Below the pieces are notes generated by a model that saw only the letters and a program-made list of their open reading frames with translations, did not search any database and had not been told where the DNA came from. Below are positions 11,285 through 21,111 of a stretch of 64,000 nucleotides of DNA, one piece after another. Source of the stretch: an uncultured Clostridium sp. (GTDB lineage Bacteria; Bacillota; Clostridia; TANB77; CAG-508); NCBI GenBank assembly GCA_900551615.1, contig URWN01000003.1:2812-66811 (forward strand), written 5' to 3'. How positions within the stretch are numbered: the first letter of the stretch is position 1; each line of letters starts with the position of its first letter. Made by a program: the position numbers and the translations under genes.

Positions 11285-11340
11285 AAGGAGTGTCCCCAAA
11301 TCCCTATTAGGAGGGATTTTAAGGAACGTCCCTAAATCCC
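11285..11340 (+). repeat. Composite repeat, subfamily C
   Basis: AAGGAGTGTCCCCAAATCCCT-ATTAGG-AGGGATTTTAAGGAACGTCCCTAAATCCC, very similar to 48896..48951. Ends 18 nt before the ruvB ATG. Confidence 0.8.
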
Positions 11341-11358
11341 TCGAGGAAAGGATAAAAC

Positions 11359-12387
11359 ATGAGTGAAGATAGAATAATTAATCCAGAGTTAGGTGATATA
11401 GGAGAAGAGAGATTAGAAAATACTTTGAGACCTCAAACTTTGGATGAATACATAGGACAAGATAAAGTGAAAGAAAATATGAAAATTTATATAGAAGCTG
11501 CTAAAAAAAGAGGAGAAGCTTTAGACCATGTTTTATTATATGGACCTCCAGGACTTGGAAAAACAACACTTTCAAATATAATTGCAAATGAAATGGGGTC
11601 AAATATAAAAATAACATCAGGACCAGCAATTGAAAGACCTGGTGATTTAGCTTCTTTACTTACAAATTTAGCTGAAAATGATATGCTTTTTATAGATGAA
11701 ATTCACAGATTGAGTAAAAATGTGGAAGAAATATTATATCCAGCATTAGAAGATTACACAATAGATATAATGATTGGAAAAGGGCCAAGTGCAAGGTCTA
11801 TAAGATTAGATTTACCTAAATTTACATTAATAGGTGCAACTACAAAAGCAGGTTCTTTAACAACACCATTAAGAGATAGATTTGGAATTGTAAATAGACT
11901 AGAATTATATTCAGTAGAAAATTTAAAGCAAATTGTAAAAAGGTCAGCAAAAATTTTAGATGTAGAAATAGATGATAAAGCTGCTGAAGAAATTGCAAGA
12001 AGGTCTAGGGGAACACCAAGAATTGCAAATAGACTTTTAAAAAGAGTTAGAGATTATGCAGCTGTTTTGGGAGATGGAAATATAGATCTAAAAATTGCAA
12101 AACATGCATTAAATAAATTAGAAATAGATGAATTAGGATTAGATGAAATTGATAGGAAATTGTTAGATACAATGATTGTTCAATATGCGGGTAGACCTGT
12201 TGGAATAGAGGCTTTAGCTGTTACTGTTGGAGAAGAAGTTGATACAATAGAAGATGTTTATGAACCATATTTGATTCAAATTGGTTTTATTTCTAGAACA
12301 TTAAGAGGTAGAGTTGTACTACCACCAGCTTACAAACATTTAGGTTATAATTATAATGGTGAAAATGGACAACAAAGTTTTATTTAA
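11359..12387 (+). CDS. ruvB: Holliday junction branch-migration helicase RuvB
   Basis: [12 protein letters not shown], Walker [10 protein letters not shown], Walker [21 protein letters not shown]. Confidence 0.96.
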   Translation: MSEDRIINPELGDIGEERLENTLRPQTLDEYIGQDKVKENMKIYIEAAKKRGEALDHVLLYGPPGLGKTTLSNIIANEMGSNIKITSGPAIERPGDLASLLTNLAENDMLFIDEIHRLSKNVEEILYPALEDYTIDIMIGKGPSARSIRLDLPKFTLIGATTKAGSLTTPLRDRFGIVNRLELYSVENLKQIVKRSAKILDVEIDDKAAEEIARRSRGTPRIANRLLKRVRDYAAVLGDGNIDLKIAKHALNKLEIDELGLDEIDRKLLDTMIVQYAGRPVGIEALAVTVGEEVDTIEDVYEPYLIQIGFISRTLRGRVVLPPAYKHLGYNYNGENGQQSFI

Positions 12388-12432
12388 AGCAAGTATTTAA
12401 TAATGATAATAGGAAAATAAGAGGAATAACAA

Positions 12433-13941
12433 ATGAAAAACCAAATTTTAAATAAACAAAATATATATTATATACTAATATTTGTAATAGTAACAATTTT
12501 AGCAATATTAGGATTAAGTTCATCACCATTAAACAAAGGAGTAATACAAAATGATTCAGCAGTATTTCAAATAATGGGGAGAGGGATGCTAAATGGACAA
12601 GTAATCTATAAAGATTTATTTGATCATAAAGGACCAGTAATGTATGTAATAAATGCAATTGCATATATAATCAATCCACAAATTGGATTATTTATAATTG
12701 AAATATTATTTATATATATAGGAGCAGTTTTTATATTTAAAACATCAAAAATTTTTGTAAACCAAAAAATATCTGTAATAATGGCATTAGTATATGTAAT
12801 GTTAATATTTACAAATATTTTAGGAGGAAATTTTACAGAAGAATATGCAATGACTTTTACAAGTATAGCCCTATATTGTATTATGAAAATAATTTACAAA
12901 AATGAATATGAAAATAAAATTTTATGGGGAATAATAGGAGCAACTTTTGCGTTAAACTTTTTCATAAAACCAACATATATAGCAATTTGGATAGCATTTG
13001 GAATTATACAATTTATATATTCAGTAAAAGAGAAAAAGGTAAAAGAATTAATTAAATATATATTTTATATGATGATAGGAATTATAGTAATTACACTACC
13101 AATAATTATATATTTAGTATTAAATAATGATATATATTATTTTATAAATGCATTTTTTGTTTTAAATATGAAATATTCAAAAGCAAGTTTATTAAGAAAA
13201 GCTCAAACTTTTTGGGAATTAATAAATAAGTATAAATTTATTAGATACATTGTTATAGGAGTTATATGTAATATATTAATATCATTTAATAAAAAAATAG
13301 ATTTAAAAAATAGATTGTTCGTAACAAGTTTTTTTGTTATATCAATAATATTAACAGCATGGGCTCCACGAGCTTATAAACATTATTTAACTCAATTAGT
13401 ACCTGTAATTGTTTTAGAGTTAATAGAAATATGTTTATATATAAAAGAAAATTTAAAATTAAATGAAAAGGAAAGTAAAATATTAAAAAAATTACCGCAA
13501 AATTTAATATTAATCTTAATAATATGTTGCATGGTAGGAGTTACAGGAAATGAGATATCAAAAAAGACAGGGATTTTTTCAAGAATGTCACAAAATGGAG
13601 AATTAATAAATAATGAGTTAGATAAATTAAAAAAATATTTAAATGAAGAAGATGAGATTATAGTATTAGGAAATCAGCCATATTATTACATGTATTTAAA
13701 TAAATATCCTAAATTCAAATATTTTTTTCAACTGCCAATAATATTATATGATAATTCTATAAAAGATGAGGCTCAAAACTATATAATGGAAAATAAACCT
13801 AAAATGGTAATAAAATATATGGTGGGATATGGTGAAAAAGTTTTTAATAATATATATGGAAAAGAGTTGGAAGATTATATAAATAATAAATATAATGAAT
13901 ATGAAAGTTATCAATTTAAATATTATGTATTGAAAGATTAA
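12433..13941 (+). CDS. Polytopic GT-C-fold membrane glycosyltransferase (ArnT/PMT-like)
   Basis: 502 aa, more than 10 predicted TM helices. First extracytoplasmic loop DSAVFQIMGRGMLNGQVIYKDLFDHKGPV resembles the GT39/GT83 DxD-like loop. Confidence 0.5.
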   Translation: MKNQILNKQNIYYILIFVIVTILAILGLSSSPLNKGVIQNDSAVFQIMGRGMLNGQVIYKDLFDHKGPVMYVINAIAYIINPQIGLFIIEILFIYIGAVFIFKTSKIFVNQKISVIMALVYVMLIFTNILGGNFTEEYAMTFTSIALYCIMKIIYKNEYENKILWGIIGATFALNFFIKPTYIAIWIAFGIIQFIYSVKEKKVKELIKYIFYMMIGIIVITLPIIIYLVLNNDIYYFINAFFVLNMKYSKASLLRKAQTFWELINKYKFIRYIVIGVICNILISFNKKIDLKNRLFVTSFFVISIILTAWAPRAYKHYLTQLVPVIVLELIEICLYIKENLKLNEKESKILKKLPQNLILILIICCMVGVTGNEISKKTGIFSRMSQNGELINNELDKLKKYLNEEDEIIVLGNQPYYYMYLNKYPKFKYFFQLPIILYDNSIKDEAQNYIMENKPKMVIKYMVGYGEKVFNNIYGKELEDYINNKYNEYESYQFKYYVLKD

Positions 13942-14030
13942 AATACATATAATTTTGTGCATCAACAGATTTACTAAAGAAACCTTCAATTTTATAGGTT
14001 GGTGTTATGAAAAAAGGAGATATAGAGAAA

Positions 14031-15356
14031 ATGAAGATAGGAATAATAGGAGCGGGATATGGAGGATTAAATATTGCAAAAGAACTAGAAAAAAATGGAC
14101 AAGAAGTAACATTATTTGAAAAAAATCGATATGTTGGAGGTATGGTAGACACTGTATCAATATATGAAACAAGGCTAGAAAAATATTATAGGCACATCTT
14201 TAAAAGCGATAAAGAAGCAATAAGTTTAATAGAAGAAATGGGATTAAAAAATGAACTAATATGGCCAGCAACTAAAATGGGGTACTTATCAAATAGAAAA
14301 ATTTATGAATTCGGAACACCAATATCACTATTAAAATTTAAAGAATTAAATTTTATACAAAAATTAAGATTTGGATTTAATGTTATACATATAAAACTAA
14401 TAAATGATTATAAAAAAATAGAAAAAGAAACAGCAGAAAGTTGGTTAAAAAGCAGAATAGGAGAAAAAGTATATTCAAAAATTTGGGAACCATTGTTGCT
14501 TTCAAAATTTGGAGAAAAAAAATCTCAGGTAAGTATGGCATGGCTGTGGGGAAAAATAAAATTAAGAAGTACCTCAAGTACAAAAGATGGAGAACAATTA
14601 GGGTATATAGAAGGAAGTTATCAAAAATTAACAGATAATTTTTACAAATATTTAATTGATAGAAAAGTAAAAATTAATCTAAATGCTAAAATAACAAATG
14701 TAGAAAAAGAAAATGGAAAATATGCTGTAAAATATGAAGAAAATGGTGCAGAAAAAGAAGAAAAGTTTGATATTATAATATCAACAATAAACTATCAGGA
14801 CTTTGAAAAAATATTTGAAAAATTCATAACAACAAATGAAAAAGAAAAACTAAACAAAGTTAAATATACATCAGCAAGAACAATGGTTATAAGTAGCAAT
14901 AAAAGCTTTAGTCCATTTTATTGGTTGAATGTTGGAGATAATGATATACCATTTGGTGGAATAATTGAACATACAAATTTTATAGACAAATCAAATTATG
15001 AAAATAACCATATTATTTATATATCAAATTATATGACTGAAGATAATAAATTATATAATTTATCAGAAGAAGATTTATTAAAAGAATATATGAAATATTT
15101 AACACAAATAAACAAAGATTTTACAATAGATAATATAAAAGAATATCATGTATATGACGAAAAATATGCACAACCAATAATAGAATGTAATTATTCAAAT
15201 TATATAATGAAAGATAAATTAGAAAATGAAAATATTTACTTATGCACAATGCCACAAATTTATCCAGAAGACAGAGGAATGAATTATGCTATTAGAGCAG
15301 GAAATAAAATAGCAAAAGAAATATTAGAGAATGATAAAAATAAGATGGGAAAATAA
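14031..15356 (+). CDS. FAD/NAD(P)-binding oxidoreductase (amine-oxidase / Glf-like Rossmann fold)
   Basis: MKIGIIGAGYGGL dinucleotide-binding motif followed by LFEKNRYVGG. AAAGGAGA RBS favours ATG 14031 over 14007. Confidence 0.6.
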   Translation: MKIGIIGAGYGGLNIAKELEKNGQEVTLFEKNRYVGGMVDTVSIYETRLEKYYRHIFKSDKEAISLIEEMGLKNELIWPATKMGYLSNRKIYEFGTPISLLKFKELNFIQKLRFGFNVIHIKLINDYKKIEKETAESWLKSRIGEKVYSKIWEPLLLSKFGEKKSQVSMAWLWGKIKLRSTSSTKDGEQLGYIEGSYQKLTDNFYKYLIDRKVKINLNAKITNVEKENGKYAVKYEENGAEKEEKFDIIISTINYQDFEKIFEKFITTNEKEKLNKVKYTSARTMVISSNKSFSPFYWLNVGDNDIPFGGIIEHTNFIDKSNYENNHIIYISNYMTEDNKLYNLSEEDLLKEYMKYLTQINKDFTIDNIKEYHVYDEKYAQPIIECNYSNYIMKDKLENENIYLCTMPQIYPEDRGMNYAIRAGNKIAKEILENDKNKMGK

Positions 15357-16433
15357 ATGAATAATAAGAAACAAAATGTAGATTCAAATATTGCAATAAT
15401 TAAAATACGTGATTCAAATATAGAGCTATTAAGGATAATTGCTATGATTTTAATAATATTACACCATATGGTATACCATACGAAAATATATATGTATAGT
15501 GGAGAAAATCATTTTATTTCACTTATATTATTGGCTGGTGGAAAAATATCGGTAGTTATATACATATTAATAATGGGATATTATTCAAAAGAATCAAAAT
15601 TTAATGTAAAAAGACCGTTGAATATAATTTTTAAGGTTATAATATATTCAACATTGTTTATAATAATATTCAAAGACAAGGGACACACTATAAAGGAATA
15701 TACACAATATTGGTTTGTAAATACATGGTTAATTTTATTATTTCTTACCCCGATCATATTAAGATTTGAGAAGGAGGTTTCTAAGAAAGTTAGAATTATT
15801 TTATTTATATATATAACTGTTATTTTCATATTACCAAGTAGAAGAAATACTAATATAGAAGCATTTATATACTTTTATTTATGTGGAAGGCATGTATTAC
15901 CATATTTTGTTAAAATATTTAATAAAACGATTTTAAATATTCTTATAGTAAGCACATTATATTTAATTATAATAACTTTTAGATTAGAAATGGAACAAAA
16001 TACAATATTTCCATTAGTAACAGCAATGTTTATATTTGCAATATTTTTAAGCATAGACATAAAAAATAATTTAATAAATAAAGTAGCAAAATATACGATG
16101 GGAGTATATTTAATACATGACAATACTAATGTAAGAGAAGAAATAATAATAAAAAGATTAAACATGTTGAGTATTTATCATGGTAAATATTTTCTAATAT
16201 CAACATTAAGCATAAGTTTAATAATATTTGTGGTATGTATGGTTATAGATTACTTAGTTAGTATAATCATAGAAAAAACAATATTCAAATGCAAAAAAAT
16301 CAATGAGGAGATTTTGGAAATCAATACATGTATCAACAATTTTATAAATAATGAAAGGAAACAAAATGAAAATAAACAAAAAAAGTGTGTTGAAAAATCT
16401 ATTAATAACAATAGTAATATTATTAATATATAG
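15357..16433 (+). CDS. Acyltransferase family 3 membrane O-acyltransferase
   Basis: SNIELLRIIAMILIILHH N-terminal motif and about 10 predicted TM helices. Confidence 0.6.
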   Translation: MNNKKQNVDSNIAIIKIRDSNIELLRIIAMILIILHHMVYHTKIYMYSGENHFISLILLAGGKISVVIYILIMGYYSKESKFNVKRPLNIIFKVIIYSTLFIIIFKDKGHTIKEYTQYWFVNTWLILLFLTPIILRFEKEVSKKVRIILFIYITVIFILPSRRNTNIEAFIYFYLCGRHVLPYFVKIFNKTILNILIVSTLYLIIITFRLEMEQNTIFPLVTAMFIFAIFLSIDIKNNLINKVAKYTMGVYLIHDNTNVREEIIIKRLNMLSIYHGKYFLISTLSISLIIFVVCMVIDYLVSIIIEKTIFKCKKINEEILEINTCINNFINNERKQNENKQKKCVEKSINNNSNIINI

Positions 16434-17832
16434 TCCACTATTGATAGGACATTATTCAACAGATACATATAGATTAATAGAAATGGGATATAACAAATAT
16501 AGTATAGAATATTCATTAAATGATGGACGAATATTTATGTATATAATTGGTCAAATAGCTGCCAAAATTAATATCAATATAAATATGTATGTAATCTTGC
16601 TAACATTTTTAGCAATTATAATATCAGTTATTTGTATAATTTTAATAGAAAAAATTTTGAAAAAGTATAATAAAAGAGAACAATCTATAATAGTAGCTTT
16701 AATAGCATATGTAACAATAATGAATTTTATGTACTTAGAAAATTTATATTTTACAGAATGCATAGTAATGGCAATGAGTATATTGCTATATATAATAGCT
16801 GCAAAAATGCTAAATGAAGGTGGAAATATATTAAAAATATTTTTGCTGGTATTATTAGGAGTATTTTGTTATCAAGGTACAATAAATGTATTCATAACAT
16901 TTTACTTTTTATTTGCATTAATTGAAAATAAAACAATTAATAAAACAATTTTAAAAAATATGTGTATTGTTTTAGGTATATCATTAATTAGTATTGCTAT
17001 TAATATGTTACAAATAAAATTGTGTGGGAAAATATATGGATTAGAGCAAACAAGGACAGGAAAGATAAATGAGATATGGTTTAATATTGTTTATATAATA
17101 AAAAATATTGATACACTATTAATACAGTCAAGTGATTTATTTCCTAAATATGTTTTTCTAATATTTTTAACATTAATAATGATTTGTATAGTTATTTGGG
17201 ATAAAAAGGAAAAAGAAGGGTTTAATAATTTTATAAACATTGTGTTATTAACTATTGTTGCAATTGTTAGTTCTGTAATAATAAATGTTGTTTCATTATC
17301 AAGTTTTGGACTAGGAAGAATGGTATTTTCAGTAGGAGCATTAATTGGAATGATATACATGTATTTATATTCTACAACTGCAATAATGGATAAAAAAACG
17401 TTTTTCAAATATATTATGATAATAATACTGGTTGGTTATACAATTATTAATATTTGCAATACCTTAAATATTTTAATTTCACATCAAAGAGCAAATAAAT
17501 TAGATAAAGAAGAAGCCATACAAGCAAATAAATTTATAGATGAATATGAAAATGAAAGTGGTATAAAAGTTAAACATATAGCAGTAGCATATGATAATGA
17601 TATTACATGGAACTATAAAGAAATAAAACATAAATCACTATACACACATAGAGCACTAATGATATGGTGGTGTAATGTCCAAACTATAAATTATTTTGGC
17701 AATAGAAATTTAGAGAAAGTACCAATGGATACAGAAATATATAATGAAAACTTTTATGGAAAAAACTGGGATAGTTTAAATAAAGAACAATTTGTTTTTA
17801 AAGGAGATACATTATATTATTGTGTATATTAA
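16366..17832 (+). CDS. GtrII-like membrane glucosyltransferase-domain protein (paralog 1)
   Basis: LIGHYSTDTYRL..YSLNDGRIF N-terminal motif and conserved C-terminus KEQFVFKGDTLYYCVY shared with 21112..22623. The start at 16351/16366 overlaps the upstream gene. Confidence 0.5.
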   Translation: MKINKKSVLKNLLITIVILLIYSPLLIGHYSTDTYRLIEMGYNKYSIEYSLNDGRIFMYIIGQIAAKINININMYVILLTFLAIIISVICIILIEKILKKYNKREQSIIVALIAYVTIMNFMYLENLYFTECIVMAMSILLYIIAAKMLNEGGNILKIFLLVLLGVFCYQGTINVFITFYFLFALIENKTINKTILKNMCIVLGISLISIAINMLQIKLCGKIYGLEQTRTGKINEIWFNIVYIIKNIDTLLIQSSDLFPKYVFLIFLTLIMICIVIWDKKEKEGFNNFINIVLLTIVAIVSSVIINVVSLSSFGLGRMVFSVGALIGMIYMYLYSTTAIMDKKTFFKYIMIIILVGYTIINICNTLNILISHQRANKLDKEEAIQANKFIDEYENESGIKVKHIAVAYDNDITWNYKEIKHKSLYTHRALMIWWCNVQTINYFGNRNLEKVPMDTEIYNENFYGKNWDSLNKEQFVFKGDTLYYCVY

Positions 17833-17844
17833 AGGGAGTTTTAT

Positions 17845-19354
17845 ATGAAAAAGAACGATTTATTAATAGTTATATTTATATTTATAACAATATTTTCAAT
17901 AATTATAGTAAAACCAATAAGTGATTTAGATGAAATCTGGAATTATAATACAGCAAGAGTTATCTCAGAAGGATTAATACCATATAAAGATATAAGTATG
18001 ATAACAACACCATTATTACCAATGATAACAGCATTATTCTTAAAAATAATTGCAAATGAATTAATAGTTTCAAGAATAATAGCAGCGATACTGTGGACAG
18101 GAATATTATATACAGTTTATAAAATATTTGGAGAATTATTTAAAGAGAAAAATGTTGCATTAATTTGTACAGCATTAATAGGAATATTGTGCAGAGATAT
18201 TTATTGTATAGACTATAATGTAACAGTATTATTTATAGCATTAATTGTATTATATCAAGAATTAAAAAATATAAATTCACAAGATTTTGACAAAAGGAGA
18301 GAATTTTTAATTCGGAATATTAGCAGGATTTGCAATATGTACAAAACAGAGTATAGGAGTTACACTTGCAATAATTGTTGTAGGATATAAATTATTGTTT
18401 GTGGAAAATAAAGAGCAGTTTAAAGATTATTTAAAAATAGCTGGAATGCGAATAATTGGAATATTATTACCGGTATTAATAATGTTTATTTATTTAGTTG
18501 TAAATGGAGCTATAAAAGATTTTGTGAATTATGCAATACTTGGAATAAGTACATTTTCAAATAAAATAAAATATGTAAAATTATTTTCAAATGATAAAAT
18601 AGAAATACGTATTTTGTCAGTATTAATGCCTGTTTCAATTATTATTATGTTAATGATATTAATAATTGCAAATATTTTAAAAAAAGAAAACAAAAACTTA
18701 ATAAATTTATTAACAATTTTAGTATATAGTTTGTCAATAATAATTGTGATGTATCCAATTTCAGATGAAATTCATTTCTTGATAGGTGGATTAATAGCAA
18801 TAATTGGTTTAATTTATGTAACATTCTTACTTTGCAAAATTATATATGATAAAATTAAAATTAATAAAAAATTTAAAATTTATAAATTACTAACATCTTT
18901 AATATGTGTCATAGTGTTTGGATTTATTTTAAAAACAATGTTATCTAATATATATGATTATATGAAAATAGAAAAAAATGTTGAAATATCACATTATAAG
19001 AATATAGAAGTTTCAGAAAATTTAGTAGAAAGAATAAAAAATATGGATAATTATATCTTACAAAAAGAACAAGAAGGACAAAAGGTATATATTTTAGATT
19101 CAGATGCAGCAATTTATATGATACCTATAAATAAATATAATAAAGATTATGATATGTTTTTAAATGGAAATATAGGTAAAGATGGAGAACAAGGTCAAAT
19201 TGAAAGAATTAAAAATAAAGATAAAAATGAATTATTGTTAATAAGAAAACCAAAATTTAAATCTAATTGGCAAACTCCATTAGAAGTTATAAAATATATA
19301 AGAGATAATTTAGAAAAAATAGATAGCGTAAGTATATATGATGTTTATAAATAG
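17845..19354 (+). pseudogene. GT-C-fold membrane glycosyltransferase with the reading frame broken near 18308-18313
   Basis: ORFs 17845..18390 and 18395..19354 are two halves of one polytopic protein. The downstream frame is open from 18311 and reads FGILAGFAICTKQSIGVTLAIIVVGYKLLFVENKEQ straight into the second ORF. The tail of the first ORF (RNISRICNMYKTEYRS...) looks like out-of-frame sequence. Confidence 0.6.
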
Positions 19355-19383
19355 TAAAAAATATAAAATAGGGAGAAGAAAAA

Positions 19384-19938
19384 ATGAAATTATTAATGCA
19401 TACTTGTTGTGCACCATGCAGTGTATATTGTATAGATACTTTAAAAAAAGAAGGAATAGAACCAACAATATATTGGTATAATCCCAATATTCATCCATAT
19501 ATGGAATATAAAGCCAGAAGAGATACATTAAAAGAATATGCAAAGAGTTTAAATTTAGATGCAATATTTGATGAGGATTATGGACTAGATGAATTTTGCA
19601 AAAATGTAATTGGTGATATTTCTAATAGATGCACAAATTATTGTTATCCGGTAAGATTAAGAAAAACTTTTGAATATGCAAAAGAAAACGGATATGATGC
19701 AGTAACTACAACTCTTTTATATAGTATTTATCAAAATCATGATTTTATAAAAGAATATATGGAAAAACTAAGTGAAGAATATAATGTTAAATTTTTGTAT
19801 AGGGATTTTAGAGTTGGCTTTAGAGAAGGACAAGCAAAAGCAAGAGAAATAGGACTATATATGCAAAAATATTGTGGGTGTATTTTTTCTGAAGAAGAAA
19901 GATATGCAAAAAAAATAAAAAAAGATAGTTGTCAATAG
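19384..19938 (+). CDS. queH: Epoxyqueuosine reductase QueH (DUF208)
   Basis: MKLLMHTCCAPCS...YNPNIHP and C-terminal YCGC motif. Confidence 0.8.
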   Translation: MKLLMHTCCAPCSVYCIDTLKKEGIEPTIYWYNPNIHPYMEYKARRDTLKEYAKSLNLDAIFDEDYGLDEFCKNVIGDISNRCTNYCYPVRLRKTFEYAKENGYDAVTTTLLYSIYQNHDFIKEYMEKLSEEYNVKFLYRDFRVGFREGQAKAREIGLYMQKYCGCIFSEEERYAKKIKKDSCQ

Positions 19939-19958
19939 GGACGCCCCCTTTTGACAAC
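19928..19958 (-). repeat. REP-like palindromic repeat, subfamily B
   Basis: GTTGTCAATAGGGACGCCCCCTTTTGACAAC. It contains the queH stop codon. Confidence 0.85.
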
Positions 19959-19985
19959 TTTAATTTTTGTATATTTAAAATAATA

Positions 19986-20383
19986 TTGTTCTTAGCAATA
20001 ACATTTGCTATAAATGCAAATAAAAATGATGTATTAAGTAGTGGAAATACAATTCACAGGTTCCAAGCAAAGGACAAGTAACATTTGAATTTCAAATAGC
20101 AACAATAAATCCATATTATAAGCAGGAAAATATAATAATAAAAAATACAGGAAGTACGAAAATACATTCTTGTCAATTTGACGTAAAATTTGAAAATGAA
20201 ACAACAATAGAACAAATGTGGAATGTAAAAATAGAAACAGTAAATACAAGTCAACATAGAATATCAAATTCGGATTATAATGGAATGATACAACCAGGAG
20301 TAGAAGCAAGTTTTGGAGGAATAATAAGAAGTGCTGTAAAGGAAAATAATAATGAAATTATTAATATAAAATTGAATTATTAG
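19986..20383 (+). pseudogene. Remnant of a secreted beta-sandwich (carbohydrate-binding-module-like) protein
   Basis: No usable start codon. Frame 0 reads LFLAITFAINANKNDVLSSGNT (signal-peptide end) up to a stop. Frame 2 (20042..20383) reads ...VTFEFQIATIN...IKNTGSTKI..WNV...SNSDYNGMIQPGVEASFGGII... with no ATG before residue 59. Confidence 0.35.
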
Positions 20384-20478
20384 TAACTAAAAATTTTATA
20401 AATGTTATTTACATAGTAGAAAAAAATATATTCCTATGATATAATTCCAATAAATATCAAATATGTAAGGAGAAAGAA

Positions 20479-21081
20479 ATGTTAAAAAATAAATTAGGAA
20501 TAACAAATCAAATAGAACTTGCAGATGTAGAAGAAAAAATCACAAAAAAGAAAGCACTTGAATTATTCGAAACAAAAAAACTTTCTAATATTGAAGTAGG
20601 AACATTTAAAGGCTTAGCCGAGATACATAAATATTTATTTGAAGATATATATGAATTTGCAGGAAAAATTAGAAATGAAAATATATCAAAAAGTAATTTT
20701 AGATTTGCATCAGCAATGTACTTAAAAGAAGTATTAAATAAAATAGATGAAATGCCACAATCAAATTTTGATGAAATAATCGAAAAATATATAGAAATGA
20801 ATATAGCACATCCATTCAGAGAAGAAAATGGAAGAAGTACAAGAATATGGCTAGATGAGATATTAAAAAAAGAGCTAAGTAAAGTTGTTGACTGGAGTAG
20901 AGTGGATAAAGAAGATTATCTATTAGCAATGGAGAGGAGTCCAATAAAAAGTACAGAGATTAAAGCAATTTTAAAAAATGCATTAACAGATAAAATTGAA
21001 GATAGAGAAGTATATATGAAAGGTATTGATGCAAGTTACAATTATGAGGGCTATAGTGTATATAAAACAGAAAATCTATAA
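20479..21081 (+). CDS. fic: Fic-domain protein, class III-like (C-terminal inhibitory helix)
   Basis: Fic motif HPFREENGRSTR (20809..20844) and C-terminal S-YNY-E-G (21034..21051), which fits the [S/T]xxxE[G/N] autoinhibition motif. 200 aa, as in E. coli Fic and NmFic. Confidence 0.8.
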   Translation: MLKNKLGITNQIELADVEEKITKKKALELFETKKLSNIEVGTFKGLAEIHKYLFEDIYEFAGKIRNENISKSNFRFASAMYLKEVLNKIDEMPQSNFDEIIEKYIEMNIAHPFREENGRSTRIWLDEILKKELSKVVDWSRVDKEDYLLAMERSPIKSTEIKAILKNALTDKIEDREVYMKGIDASYNYEGYSVYKTENL

Positions 21082-21111
21082 AATGGAACTTGTAAAACAG
21101 GAGTACATGCA

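Noticed and set aside
16351-16433. The overlap of about 70-80 nt between the acyltransferase ORF end and the GtrII-like ORF start as evidence of a frameshifted fusion.
   Set aside because: Both frames have plausible independent ends and starts (AAAGGA precedes ATG 16366), and the two families are unrelated. Simple gene overlap is sufficient.
20034-20309. Two listed - strand ORFs (91 and 67 aa) in the queH-fic gap.
   Set aside because: They are Leu/Phe/Tyr-rich with no RBS. The + strand frame gives a domain-like sequence, so the region is better explained as a decayed + strand gene.
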